Of a stretch of 64,000 nucleotides of DNA, positions 36,010-45,742 are shown in pieces (position 1 is the stretch's first letter; every line of letters starts with the position of its first letter). The stretch is from Mariprofundaceae bacterium (GTDB lineage Bacteria; Pseudomonadota; Zetaproteobacteria; Mariprofundales; Mariprofundaceae), in assembly GCA_027018935.1 (NCBI GenBank), contig JALUXZ010000070.1:6014-70013 (forward strand), in the 5' to 3' direction. The position numbers and the translations under genes were made by a program. The notes below the pieces were generated by a model. It had not been told where the DNA came from and ran no database searches. It saw only the letters and a program-made list of their open reading frames with translations.

Positions 36010-37446
36010 ATGAGTGTTTGTTCTATGTCACAGATGCAAAAAAATAATATTTTTTATGCATATTTAGGGTTGTTAATATGGCTGCCTATTCCTTTGGGTA
36101 GTAAGCATCCTTGGGCGGTATCAATTGCTGAAGTATGGTGTTTTTCCCTAGCGATTTTCTCACTGGTTTCTTGTTTTAGGCATGGAGTTGTGTTGCCGCA
36201 AGCATTTAGAGTCGCGCGACCAGCATTGTTTCTTTTAGCCTTAAATTTGGCTTGGTTAATATTTCAGTGTCTACCGCTTCCTATAAGTCTACTAACACTA
36301 CTGTCACCGCATGCAGCAGCCTTGCAACAATTAAATGATGCAAGCGTTGCTATGGCATCTATCTCGCTTGATAGGCATGCAACATGGCTTGATGTTGTTG
36401 AGGCGAGTTATCTATTTACTTTTTTTTGCCTTACATTGTATGTTATTGATTCAAAACAAAAGATTCGCATATTGGTTTACGTTATTGTTCTGAGTGCACT
36501 GGCACAGGCTGTTTATGGAGCCTTTATGATTTTATCGGGCACTGAGTATGCCTTCTTTGTTTCCAAGGCTGACATAAATTCACATATAGGCTCTGCAACA
36601 GGAACATTTACGAACCGTGACCACCTCGCGGGCTATCTTGAAATGGCACTGGCACTTGGTATTGGTTATATGCTATCAATGATGAATGATGCTGGTTCAT
36701 TGGGGGGCTGGAAAGTATGGTTAAGAAAGTGGTCTGATATACTATTAGGCTCTAAAGCGCGACTTCGATTGATTTTAATTCTGCTTTGTTTGGGATTGGT
36801 GCTGACGCATTCACGTGGTGGTAATATTGGTTTTTTTACTAGCTTGCCGATTGCAGGTGTTGTTTTTATGCTTTTTGCGCGCAAAAAACCAAGGGCGACA
36901 GTTATATTTTTAAGTAGTATTATTCTACTTGATATTCTTTTGATGGGCTCTTGGGTAGGCGTATCAAAGGTCATGACACGGTTAGAAAACACCTCAATAC
37001 AAACAGAGCAACGCGATGATGTTTATGCAGCTACTTTACCATTGATTCAAGACTATTGGCTTACAGGAACAGGGGCAGGAACTTATTTTGAAACCTTCCC
37101 TACATATAAAACATCTTCTCTTTCGGGCTACTGGAACCACACACATAATGATTACCTTGAAATATTAGCAGAACAAGGCGTGATAGGCTTTGGCTTGCTT
37201 GCATCGGTTGTCCTGTTTGCATTATTTATCATTGTTCAGACCTTACGAAGGCAACGTTCATCGTTAGCATTGGGAATGAGCTTTGGTAGTCTTATGGGTA
37301 TTGTAGCCTTATTGGTTCATTCAGCGGTTGATTTTAATTTGCAGATCCTTGCTAACAGTAGTTTGTTTATGTTGCTGCTGGCTTTGCCGATGATTTTTAG
37401 GTGTTTAAATACGAAAGTTAGGGAGGTGCTGATTAACTCTGAATAA
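36010..37446 (+). CDS. Wzy_C-domain membrane protein (O-antigen ligase / PglL-type O-oligosaccharyltransferase-like)
   Basis: 478 aa with about 12 TM helices. LVLTHSRGG and HNDYLEILAEQG blocks in the large periplasmic loop region. The last 8 codons and the stop codon are supplied by the MITE-B insertion. Confidence 0.75.
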   Translation: MSVCSMSQMQKNNIFYAYLGLLIWLPIPLGSKHPWAVSIAEVWCFSLAIFSLVSCFRHGVVLPQAFRVARPALFLLALNLAWLIFQCLPLPISLLTLLSPHAAALQQLNDASVAMASISLDRHATWLDVVEASYLFTFFCLTLYVIDSKQKIRILVYVIVLSALAQAVYGAFMILSGTEYAFFVSKADINSHIGSATGTFTNRDHLAGYLEMALALGIGYMLSMMNDAGSLGGWKVWLRKWSDILLGSKARLRLILILLCLGLVLTHSRGGNIGFFTSLPIAGVVFMLFARKKPRATVIFLSSIILLDILLMGSWVGVSKVMTRLENTSIQTEQRDDVYAATLPLIQDYWLTGTGAGTYFETFPTYKTSSLSGYWNHTHNDYLEILAEQGVIGFGLLASVVLFALFIIVQTLRRQRSSLALGMSFGSLMGIVALLVHSAVDFNLQILANSSLFMLLLALPMIFRCLNTKVREVLINSE

Positions 37447-37581
37447 GTGGATATGTGATTCAAAATTACCAACACCAAGGCAGCAAGTGCAAGTAATAGC
37501 CCGCTATTGCTAAGTTTGCTAACGCAGGTGTTGGCGATTTTGGGCGTATAGGTATCATTCATTGAGTTGATCAGCACCTCT
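37422..37581. mobile_element. MITE-like element, family B, uninterrupted copy (160 bp)
   Basis: Termini are ggaggtgctgattaactc ... gagttgatcagcacctct, flanked by TTAG at 37418-37421 and 37582-37585. By eye it is roughly 85 percent identical to the split copy at 26479-26804. Confidence 0.75.
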
Positions 37582-37585
37582 TTAG

Positions 37586-37633
37586 GAGTGGAAAGTATAA
37601 GTTTGGTAACGTTGTGAATTTTTTCGAGGGACC
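37586..37633. repeat. Degenerate right half of MITE family A
   Basis: gagtggaaagtataagtttggtaacgttgtgaattttttcgagggaccc aligns with gggtgaaaagcacaagtttggcgaagtgctgaggtttttcgaggtgccc. Confidence 0.45.
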
Positions 37634-37991
37634 CAGAGGGTGAAAGTGATTAAGATTTTGAAAGCCATGATGTTTATTTTTATGCCTAGCTTACCCAGTA
37701 CAGGCAGTGTTAATGTTGGGGTTACTTCTGTAGGGAGGCAATATAAAGAAATGTTGGGAAAGAAAATTGGCTATCTTACAAGCGCTTGGAAAGCTATATC
37801 GCCACTTACGCAGGGTGAGGGATGGCAAAATTTAGGGAACGGAGATCAGAGTTTGAATATGTTGCGCAAATTATCTTTGGTTGATATTGCTTTATGGAAT
37901 CAGCCACAGAAACATAATGTCTTGAGAAGCACAATGTTGTGGTCTAATAATAGCTGGAAAACCATACCTGTTGGTGCTACTTAACGTGGTG

Positions 37992-38807
37992 ATGAATATA
38001 AATAAGTGGTTGCCTAACGTGCCGCGTTATATTGAATTATTCATGGTTGTTTTGCTGGCATGGGTTGTTGCATCTTGGTGGCAAACGGGCGACATAAAGG
38101 GTGAATTTGCATTAAGCACGCTTGATGAAACTCAGGAAGTGAAGCCCTTATTGGATATGAAAAAAATGCTTGTTATTCCCATTTTTGGTGCAAAAAAGGC
38201 GCGACCAATTGTTCAAAAAAAAGTCATCAAGCCAGTGGTGCTAAGTCGTTTAAATATTGTGCTTTTGGGGACTGTTCTCGCTGGTGAACGCTCTGCTGCT
38301 GTTGTAGCCTTAAATGGCAAGCAGCAGGCATTTGTGTTGGGGGATGCTATCCAGGCGGGTGTTACTCTGACGCGCGTGGAAGCGGCAGCTATCGTTATAA
38401 ACAACTCAGGTAGGGTTGAACGTATTGAGCTGAAAAAAGAAAAAGCTGCTGTAGGCATTCATTCCTCTAGAATAACAAAACCACAGAGGATACAACATAC
38501 CTTTACACGCTCATATCTGAATCAAGAAATAGGTAATTTTCCGAAGTTGTTGAGCCAGGCGCGTGTATTTCCTCATTTTAGTAATGGTAAGCCAGATGGT
38601 TTTGTGATTAAGGCGATTGTGAATGGCTCGTTGTATCAAAAAATAGGTCTGAAAAATGGTGATATACTACGTAAAGTGAATGGTGTCGGAATAACAGGTG
38701 CTAAACAGGCTATGGCGATGTATAAAAATTTACAAAGTGCAAGATTCATTGATTTGGAGTTGTTACGTAATAACGCTATCATGCCCATCCATTATGAAAT
38801 TAAGTAA
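37992..38807 (+). CDS. gspC: Type II secretion system protein C
   Basis: N-terminal TM helix (IELFMVVLLAWVVASWW), an HR-like middle region and a C-terminal PDZ (GLKNGDILRKVNGVGI). Sits immediately upstream of gspD. Confidence 0.8.
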   Translation: MNINKWLPNVPRYIELFMVVLLAWVVASWWQTGDIKGEFALSTLDETQEVKPLLDMKKMLVIPIFGAKKARPIVQKKVIKPVVLSRLNIVLLGTVLAGERSAAVVALNGKQQAFVLGDAIQAGVTLTRVEAAAIVINNSGRVERIELKKEKAAVGIHSSRITKPQRIQHTFTRSYLNQEIGNFPKLLSQARVFPHFSNGKPDGFVIKAIVNGSLYQKIGLKNGDILRKVNGVGITGAKQAMAMYKNLQSARFIDLELLRNNAIMPIHYEIK

Positions 38808-40717
38808 TGAACAGGAAAATAATAATGTGTTCTAAATTGATAAAAACTGGCTGTATGCTGCTACTACTGCTGTTTTCACAGGCTGTATTTGCTGCCGATA
38901 TAACGTTGAATTTCAAAAATGCCGATATTCGCGCGTTTATTGATTTTGTAGCGGGGTTTTCAGGCAAGAATTTTTTAGTCGACAATCGAGTGAAGGGCAC
39001 TGTTAGTATTGTTTCACCCTCAGCTGTTGATGAAATAGAGGCATATAATATTTTTCTATCGGTGCTGGAAGTCAATGGTTTTGCGGCTGTAGATGCAGGA
39101 AGTGTGATTAAGATTGTACCTAGAGCTGAAAGCAAGCAAAAGGCTGTACCTGTGCATGAGGGGAACGCTAGAAGTAATGATGCGATGGTGACGCAGGTTT
39201 TACGCCTGAAATATGCAAATTCACAGCAGCTGGTGGCTTTGATTCGCCCTTTAATTTCACCCAATAGTCATCTGGTGGCATACCCGCGTGGTAATATGCT
39301 TTTGCTTACGGATTCATCCAGCAATATTCGTCGCATTCAACAGGTGCTAAAGCTTTTGGATAGGAAAGATGCAGTAGGAGTTAAAATATTTACGCTGAAA
39401 TATGCCTCAGCAGGCAAGCTAGCATCAACATTGACCAAGCTTTATCCACCAACGTCCAATTCCGCATTGGGTATGAAAGTAATTGCTCATCAACCTGGTA
39501 ACATATTGGTTGTAGTGGGAGCACCACAAGTGGTGAATGAAGTGGCTAGCGTCATAGAGAAGCTCGATATAGCTCCTGAATCTGATAGTGATCGCCTTCA
39601 GGTTAGATACCTTAAATATGCGAAGGCCAAGAATATAGAAAGCGTGCTCGCAAGCTTAATGGGGTCGAAAGAATTACCAGGAAAATCATTGTTTGTAGGT
39701 GATGTGAAAGTGGTGGCTGATGAGGCTACGAACGCATTGCTTATTACTGCGGACCCAAGTGATATTGATGCTGTTGGGCGGATTGTTGATAAGCTGGATG
39801 TGCGTCGCAGACAGGTGTTGATTGAAGCGTTGATTGTGGAGGTGAGTGGAAACTCTATCCAGCGTTTCGGTGTAGAATGGATGGCAAGCAGTGGTATTGG
39901 GGCTGGCGTACAGAGCTTTCAAAATATAAAATCAGTGGGCGCAGGGCTTACTACGAATGCTGCATTAGCAACGCCTGCAAGTGTTAGCACAGTATTAACT
40001 GCAACGGCTCCTACAGGGCTGACTTTAGGTGTTGTAAACAAAGCATTGTCCATTGGTGCATTGCTGCATGCGTTGGAATCAGACAATGATGCCAATGTGT
40101 TATCCACACCCAATTTATTAACCTTGGATAATGAGGAAGCAGAAATTGTTGTAGGACAGAATGTGCCTTTTATTACGGGCACAAGCGCATCGACAGGAAC
40201 GGCAAATCCCAATCCTTTTCAAACCATTGAGCGTAAAGATATTGGTTTGACATTACGCGTAACACCACAGATTTCTGGGGATGATTCAGTCACGTTGGAT
40301 ATTTATCAGGAGATTTCTAACATTGACACAAAGGCTGGCGTGCAAGGCTCGGATTTAATTACCACCAAACGCTCGATTAAAACCAAAGTGTTGGCGAATG
40401 ATGGGCAAATGATTGTATTGGGTGGTTTGATGCGTGAGGATGAGACTGGCAAAGTGCAAAGGGTGCCTTGTATTGGCAGTGTACCATTGCTAGGAGAGCC
40501 TTTTAAGTTTACAGAGAACACAAAGGCAAAAACAAATTTAATGGTTTTTCTAAAACCACATATTATTAAAAGCTCGAGCTACTTGGAGTCGATAACCAAT
40601 CGAAAATATAATAATATAAAAGGTCTTTATGAGCATAAAGTTGAGGGAGGCACGATTTTATTTCCTCAAGAGCAAAAGCATATGCCTAAAACAATGCAGC
40701 CCCATGAAAATAAATAA
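38807..40717 (+). CDS. gspD: Type II secretion system secretin
   Basis: Signal peptide, N0-N3 domains (ITLNFKNADIRAFIDFVA) and a secretin core (VLSTPNLLTLDNEEAEIVVGQNVPF ... VPLLGEPFKF). Confidence 0.95.
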   Translation: MNRKIIMCSKLIKTGCMLLLLLFSQAVFAADITLNFKNADIRAFIDFVAGFSGKNFLVDNRVKGTVSIVSPSAVDEIEAYNIFLSVLEVNGFAAVDAGSVIKIVPRAESKQKAVPVHEGNARSNDAMVTQVLRLKYANSQQLVALIRPLISPNSHLVAYPRGNMLLLTDSSSNIRRIQQVLKLLDRKDAVGVKIFTLKYASAGKLASTLTKLYPPTSNSALGMKVIAHQPGNILVVVGAPQVVNEVASVIEKLDIAPESDSDRLQVRYLKYAKAKNIESVLASLMGSKELPGKSLFVGDVKVVADEATNALLITADPSDIDAVGRIVDKLDVRRRQVLIEALIVEVSGNSIQRFGVEWMASSGIGAGVQSFQNIKSVGAGLTTNAALATPASVSTVLTATAPTGLTLGVVNKALSIGALLHALESDNDANVLSTPNLLTLDNEEAEIVVGQNVPFITGTSASTGTANPNPFQTIERKDIGLTLRVTPQISGDDSVTLDIYQEISNIDTKAGVQGSDLITTKRSIKTKVLANDGQMIVLGGLMREDETGKVQRVPCIGSVPLLGEPFKFTENTKAKTNLMVFLKPHIIKSSSYLESITNRKYNNIKGLYEHKVEGGTILFPQEQKHMPKTMQPHENK

Positions 40718-40722
40718 ATTAA

Positions 40723-42261
40723 ATGTATAGTTTGCCCCGTTTAACATATGAGCAAGTGGATGTGGAACGGACGTTAATGTTTTCACTGCCTATATTAAGG
40801 CAAGGACCCATTTTACCTTTATTGGCGTTTGATGATTTGCATTGCCCTGTTGCGGTGCCAGATGCTGTTTTAGAATGGCCGTGGGAATTGTTAGATGATT
40901 GTCGCCGGATATTTGGCTGTGAGGTGCAACCTGTACAGGTTCCGAAAGATGTTATTTTAACGAGCCTTAATCAGGTATTTGATATGTCTTCTGCATCAGC
41001 AGAGCAGATGCTGGAAGACATCTCTGATAGTGACGGCTTATCCAAAGAAATTGAAGAAATTGGTGATTTATTAGAGTCGGAGGATGATGCGCCCGTTATT
41101 CGTTTGGTGAATACGTTGATTTCACAAGCCATGAAAGATCGTGCTAGTGATATTCATATTGAACCCTTTGAAAAAAAAGTTGTGGTGCGTTTTCGTATTG
41201 ATGGCGTGTTGCATAGCATTGTACAGCCTCCGAAAAGTGTACAAAATGCCATGATTTCACGTATCAAAGTGATGGCTGGCTTGGATATTGCGGAAAAGCG
41301 TCATCCCCAAGATGGACGTATAGGGATTCGTATTGCAGGGCGTGATGTTGATGTGCGCGTATCGATATTGCCAACGGCATTTGGTGAACGTGTGGTGATG
41401 CGTTTGCTCGACCGTAGTGCTAAAATACTAACATTGCCAGAACTTGGCATGAGCTCTATGCAATTCTCAAGTATGCAAGAGGTGGTTAAAATGCCGCATG
41501 GTATTGTGCTGGTAACTGGACCAACAGGTTCTGGTAAAAGTACAACATTGTATGCAGCGTTAATGGAAGTTGACCGTGTAAATAACAATGTGATGACCAT
41601 TGAAGATCCGATTGAATACCAAGTGCAAGGTGTGGGACAAATGCAAGTGCAGCCAAAGATTGGCTTGGATTTTTCTTCAGGTTTACGCTCGATTCTTAGG
41701 CAAGATCCTGATATTGTCATGATTGGTGAAATTCGCGATTTGGAAACAGCGGAAATTGCCATTCAAGCATCGCTTACTGGACACTTGGTATTTGCAACCT
41801 TACATACCAATGATGCACTTTCAGCGATTGTTCGCTTACAAGATATGGGGGTAGAGCCTTATCTTGTGGCATCTTCCTTGATGATGGTGCAAGCCCAGCG
41901 CTTGGTGCGCAGGTTATGCCCGCATTGTAAACAAACGAGGGCTGTGCGTGATGATGACTGGGCTGTTTTAGAAGTCTCTAGTGATATGTATGACTGTAGC
42001 GAACTGTTTGAAGGCGTTGGTTGTGAGCAGTGTATGCATACAGGCTTTATTGGGCGTATTGCGATTTATGAGATGTTAAATGTATCGGATGCTATGCGCA
42101 ATGCGATTCATGATGGTAAAGGGCTTCCTGCTTTGCGTAGGCTGGCTAGAAAAGAAGCGATGGTAACATTGCGGCAAGATGGGGTGCGGCATGTGGTTGC
42201 AGGTATGACCACGGTTGAGGAAGTGTTGCGGGTGTCTTCTGAGGGTGTGCTAGAAATATGA
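40723..42261 (+). CDS. gspE: Type II secretion ATPase
   Basis: Walker A GPTGSGKST, Asp box, Walker B MIGEIRD, His box and a CPHC...CEQC tetracysteine motif. Confidence 0.95.
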   Translation: MYSLPRLTYEQVDVERTLMFSLPILRQGPILPLLAFDDLHCPVAVPDAVLEWPWELLDDCRRIFGCEVQPVQVPKDVILTSLNQVFDMSSASAEQMLEDISDSDGLSKEIEEIGDLLESEDDAPVIRLVNTLISQAMKDRASDIHIEPFEKKVVVRFRIDGVLHSIVQPPKSVQNAMISRIKVMAGLDIAEKRHPQDGRIGIRIAGRDVDVRVSILPTAFGERVVMRLLDRSAKILTLPELGMSSMQFSSMQEVVKMPHGIVLVTGPTGSGKSTTLYAALMEVDRVNNNVMTIEDPIEYQVQGVGQMQVQPKIGLDFSSGLRSILRQDPDIVMIGEIRDLETAEIAIQASLTGHLVFATLHTNDALSAIVRLQDMGVEPYLVASSLMMVQAQRLVRRLCPHCKQTRAVRDDDWAVLEVSSDMYDCSELFEGVGCEQCMHTGFIGRIAIYEMLNVSDAMRNAIHDGKGLPALRRLARKEAMVTLRQDGVRHVVAGMTTVEEVLRVSSEGVLEI

Positions 42262-43457
42262 GTTTGTTTGTGTGGCAGGCTTTGAATGCTTCTGGTCAAC
42301 GTAAACGCGGCGAAATTGAAAGTGACTCAGAACGTTCTGCGCGCAAACAACTCAAACAACAGGGCTTGATTGTTCAGCGTCTGACATTACAAGAAGGGCA
42401 TAAAAAATCAGATAATCTTAACAAGAAGAAAAGTTTGAATGGTGTTGAAACAACACTATTTCTTCAGCAATTATCGACGTTAACATCAGCAGGTATGACA
42501 CTAAGTGAAGCATTATCTGCCGTGGCAGATGGTATGGAGGTTAAGCGGGCGCGCCGTGCTGTCTCGTTTGTGCGTCAGCAGGTGTTAGAAGGTTCAAGCT
42601 TGGCGAATGCATTACGTGCCATCGGCATGGATGATGTGGTTTGCAACATGGTTGCGGCAGGTGAGGAAACGGGGCAATTGGAAGCGGTTTCTGAACGGCT
42701 TTCTGAACTGTTGGAAAACCGACAACAAATGAATCAGGAGCTATTATCGGCAATTTTATATCCATTGATTATTTTGTGTTTTGGTATGTTGGTGATGCTT
42801 GTTTTACTGACATGGGTTGTGCCACAAATTGTGTCGGTATTTGAGCATACAGGTGGTGAGTTACCTGGTTTAACGCAGTGGGTCATTGCAGCATCAGATA
42901 TATTACGTGAGTATGGTTTGTTGCTACTGATTTCGGGAGCGGGATTGCTGTTAGCGGCAAGTTTGGCGATGCGCCGTGAATCGGTGCGTGATTGGCGAGA
43001 TATGTGGCTTTTACGTTTGCCTGCCTTATCTAACTTATTGAGTAAAATTGAAATTGCGCGTTTTTCACGAACTTTGGGTATGTTATTATCGGGTGGGGTA
43101 TCGACTTTGGCTGCGATGCATATTGCTAACCAAAGCTTTGTTTTATTGCCTTTTCAGCGTTTGGGTGAAAAGGCGCGGGAATCATTGCGTGAAGGTGGTA
43201 ATTTATCAGATGCCTTTAGAGCTGGGCATGTACCGCATTTAGCTGTGCAGTTAATTTCAGTGGGTGAGAAAAGTGGGCAATTGGATAAGATGCTATTACG
43301 TGTTGCAAACCAATATGAGCAGGAAATATCACGTAATTTAAAACGTATGTTAACTGTAGTGGAGCCAGCATTAATGTTGGTGATGGCGGTGATGGTAGGG
43401 CTTATGGCGGTTGCTATTTTATTGCCCATTGTCGAAATGAATAGTTTGGTACGCTGA
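42258..43457 (+). CDS. gspF: Type II secretion inner-membrane platform protein
   Basis: 399 aa, duplicated GspF/PilC domain, three TM helices, coupled to gspE. Confidence 0.95.
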   Translation: MSLFVWQALNASGQRKRGEIESDSERSARKQLKQQGLIVQRLTLQEGHKKSDNLNKKKSLNGVETTLFLQQLSTLTSAGMTLSEALSAVADGMEVKRARRAVSFVRQQVLEGSSLANALRAIGMDDVVCNMVAAGEETGQLEAVSERLSELLENRQQMNQELLSAILYPLIILCFGMLVMLVLLTWVVPQIVSVFEHTGGELPGLTQWVIAASDILREYGLLLLISGAGLLLAASLAMRRESVRDWRDMWLLRLPALSNLLSKIEIARFSRTLGMLLSGGVSTLAAMHIANQSFVLLPFQRLGEKARESLREGGNLSDAFRAGHVPHLAVQLISVGEKSGQLDKMLLRVANQYEQEISRNLKRMLTVVEPALMLVMAVMVGLMAVAILLPIVEMNSLVR

Positions 43458-44071
43458 TGAAAAGCTGGTTGTTTGTTTTTTTGTTGTTATTTTCGCTGCA
43501 AGCGCAAGCTGTAGAGCCTTCTTCAATGGTATATAAACAATCATTATTGTTAGCTTCAGAAGGAAAAATAGACCAGTCTATTATTGCTTTGCAAGCTGCA
43601 AGTGCTGTGTTGCCACAAGGTGATATATGGCGGGAGCGCATGATTGCAGCCTCGCTATTGTTACGCATGCAAAAGCAACAATTAACGCGATTAGTGCCTA
43701 TAAAGCATAATGATTATTTAAAACTTGTAGATGCCTATAGGCAAGCGCATGCAAAACCCCAAGCTACTCAAACATGGCCAGTGGTACTTTTGGCAAGCAT
43801 CTTTCCAGGAGCTGGGCATGCTTGGCTTGGGCGTTGGCATGATGCAGGTGTTGCAGCTTTATTTGTGTGGCCGTTATTGCTACTTACATTATGGGCGGCA
43901 CGACGGAAAATGGGACCCGTGACCGTATTTTTTGCATTACTGACGGTGTGGTTATGGTCAGGCACTATTTTTTCAGCGATTTCATTGGCAGAGCGAGGAA
44001 GCTTTGAGGTGTATATGCAATGGTGGCAACAGCTATGGCAGGCATCAGCATTGCCAGGTAGACCATGGTGA
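43457..44071 (+). CDS. Membrane protein of unknown function embedded in the gsp operon
   Basis: Signal peptide, a helical periplasmic part, then TM helices carrying IFPGAGHAWLGRWHDAG. Start and stop overlap both neighbours. Confidence 0.45.
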   Translation: MKSWLFVFLLLFSLQAQAVEPSSMVYKQSLLLASEGKIDQSIIALQAASAVLPQGDIWRERMIAASLLLRMQKQQLTRLVPIKHNDYLKLVDAYRQAHAKPQATQTWPVVLLASIFPGAGHAWLGRWHDAGVAALFVWPLLLLTLWAARRKMGPVTVFFALLTVWLWSGTIFSAISLAERGSFEVYMQWWQQLWQASALPGRPW

Positions 44072-44436
44072 GCTTAAACAATGCTTTTAAATTGTATGTC
44101 ATGATGGCTTTGTTAAGTTTGGGGGGTGCAGGTGTTTGGCAGTCGATGCATTTTCCCATTACTGCGCCGCAAGGCTTTATGATACAGTTTTACCAACGTG
44201 TTTTGGGGCACTTGGATGGGCGTTCTTGTTCGGCATATCCCGTATGTTCAGTTTATGCGCGACAAGCACTGGTGCAACATGGTTGGTTGTGGGGTTCGTG
44301 GTTGGCAATGGATCGTTTGATTCATGAAGCGGATGATTTGAAGGGTTTGCAGAAGAGACATATGATCGTATTTGAGGGCGAACGGCGCTTGTATGACCCT
44401 TTGTCACGCAATGATTTTTGGTTAAGTAAGGAGTGA
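44065..44436 (+). CDS. YidD-like (membrane protein insertion efficiency factor family) paralogue
   Basis: FYQRVLGHLDGRSCSAYPVCSVYARQALVQHGWLWGSWLAMDRL aligns with the E. coli YidD core [48 protein letters not shown]. The terminal CHP is not conserved. Confidence 0.6.
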   Translation: MVSLNNAFKLYVMMALLSLGGAGVWQSMHFPITAPQGFMIQFYQRVLGHLDGRSCSAYPVCSVYARQALVQHGWLWGSWLAMDRLIHEADDLKGLQKRHMIVFEGERRLYDPLSRNDFWLSKE

Positions 44437-44444
44437 GGTAGGAA

Positions 44445-44858
44445 ATGAATATGCAAGGTTATCAAAATAAAGAACGTGGTTTCTCGCTACTCGAAATTAT
44501 GGTGGTATTGATTATTATCGGGGTGATGGCATCGATTGTGGCACCGCGTTTTATTGAGAGAGCAGATGAAGCCAAGGTGGACAGCACCAAGGTGCAAATG
44601 AAAAATATTGAGCAGGCTCTGAAGTTATATCGTTTGCAGCATGGCAAATATCCGACATCAAGCGAAGGTTTGAAGGTGTTGACGCATCCTGGTAAAGGCG
44701 GCAAACGTTATATGGATACACTGCCTAAAGATGCTTGGGGCTTTGATTTTATATACTTATCGCCTGGCGTGCATGGTGATGTGGATATATTATCCTATGG
44801 CGCAGATGGTAAGTCTGGTGGTTCGGAATTTGATGCTGATATTGGCAACTGGGAATAA
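44445..44858 (+). CDS. gspG: Type II secretion major pseudopilin
   Basis: Prepilin leader ...KERG/FSLLEIMVVLIIIG, 137 aa, with the GspG-type C-terminal DGKSGGSEFDADIGNW. Confidence 0.95.
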   Translation: MNMQGYQNKERGFSLLEIMVVLIIIGVMASIVAPRFIERADEAKVDSTKVQMKNIEQALKLYRLQHGKYPTSSEGLKVLTHPGKGGKRYMDTLPKDAWGFDFIYLSPGVHGDVDILSYGADGKSGGSEFDADIGNWE

Positions 44859-45395
44859 GTGAGCCGCTCATTACCTGTACAACAGAAAGGTTTCACACTG
44901 ATTGAAATTTTGCTGGTGATTGTGATTATGGTGGTGCTTTCGGCCATGGTTGTGCCGTCATTTTTTCAAGCGACGGGGGCAAGTGTTGAGGGGGAAACGC
45001 GCTATATGCAAAAGCTATTGCGTTTGGCGGCTGAAGAAGCTCAGCTAACGGGTAAAGTGGTGCGCTGTTCAATCTATGCGGATCATTTGACGTTTGAATG
45101 GGTCGATAGTGATGGTAAGTGGCAAGCGTTGGCAGATGATGTTTTTCAAATTGTGCTGCCGCAAGCCCCCATTATTGTAAGGCGAGCGCATTTAAATGGT
45201 GATGCAGGTTTAGTCTATGGGCATTTGAAAGATGGCGAAAAACCACCATTAGCACGCTTTTTATTTTGGTCTGATGGACGAGTGAGTGCTGGCAAAGTGG
45301 TGTTGGGTGTTAAAGGTGAAAGTGAAGCTGCAGAAAAAACCATAGAGCTTCGTTCAGGGCTTGGTGGTATTCATGTATTGGATGATACACCATGA
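44859..45395 (+). CDS. gspH: Type II secretion minor pseudopilin H
   Basis: GTG start. QKG/FTLIEILLVIVIM prepilin signal. Position after gspG. Confidence 0.8.
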   Translation: MSRSLPVQQKGFTLIEILLVIVIMVVLSAMVVPSFFQATGASVEGETRYMQKLLRLAAEEAQLTGKVVRCSIYADHLTFEWVDSDGKWQALADDVFQIVLPQAPIIVRRAHLNGDAGLVYGHLKDGEKPPLARFLFWSDGRVSAGKVVLGVKGESEAAEKTIELRSGLGGIHVLDDTP

Positions 45396-45742
45396 AAAAT
45401 GAGCAAGGCTTTACGTTGATTGAAGTGTTGGTGGCATTGGGTATTGCTTCTTTTGCACTGGTTGCATTAATGGGGCGATTGGGAGCTTCAGCGGATGTAC
45501 AGCGCAGCTTGATATTACATGCTGTGTCCATTGAGACAGCGCGTAATATTTTGGCAGAAGACCGCTTGTTGGAAACTATTCCTAGCAGTGAAAAACAGGG
45601 TGATATTGAAGCTAAGGGCGTAACACTACATTGGCGAACGTGGAGCGAAAAAACGGCGTTGGATAACTTTGTACGCCGTAATGTGGCTGTGAAGGCTGGT
45701 CATGAACCAGAAGTGATGTTGTTTATGTATCGAGTGAGATAA
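45392..45742 (+). CDS. gspI: Type II secretion minor pseudopilin I
   Basis: NEQG/FTLIEVLVAL, 116 aa, by position. Confidence 0.85.
   Translation: MKNEQGFTLIEVLVALGIASFALVALMGRLGASADVQRSLILHAVSIETARNILAEDRLLETIPSSEKQGDIEAKGVTLHWRTWSEKTALDNFVRRNVAVKAGHEPEVMLFMYRVR

Noticed and set aside
37640-37984. A 114-aa GTG-initiated ORF between the MITEs and gspC.
   Set aside because: There is no recognisable domain, an atypical composition, no clear RBS, and it runs into the gspC start. This is more likely the gspC promoter and leader region. It could still be real, and only expression data would tell.
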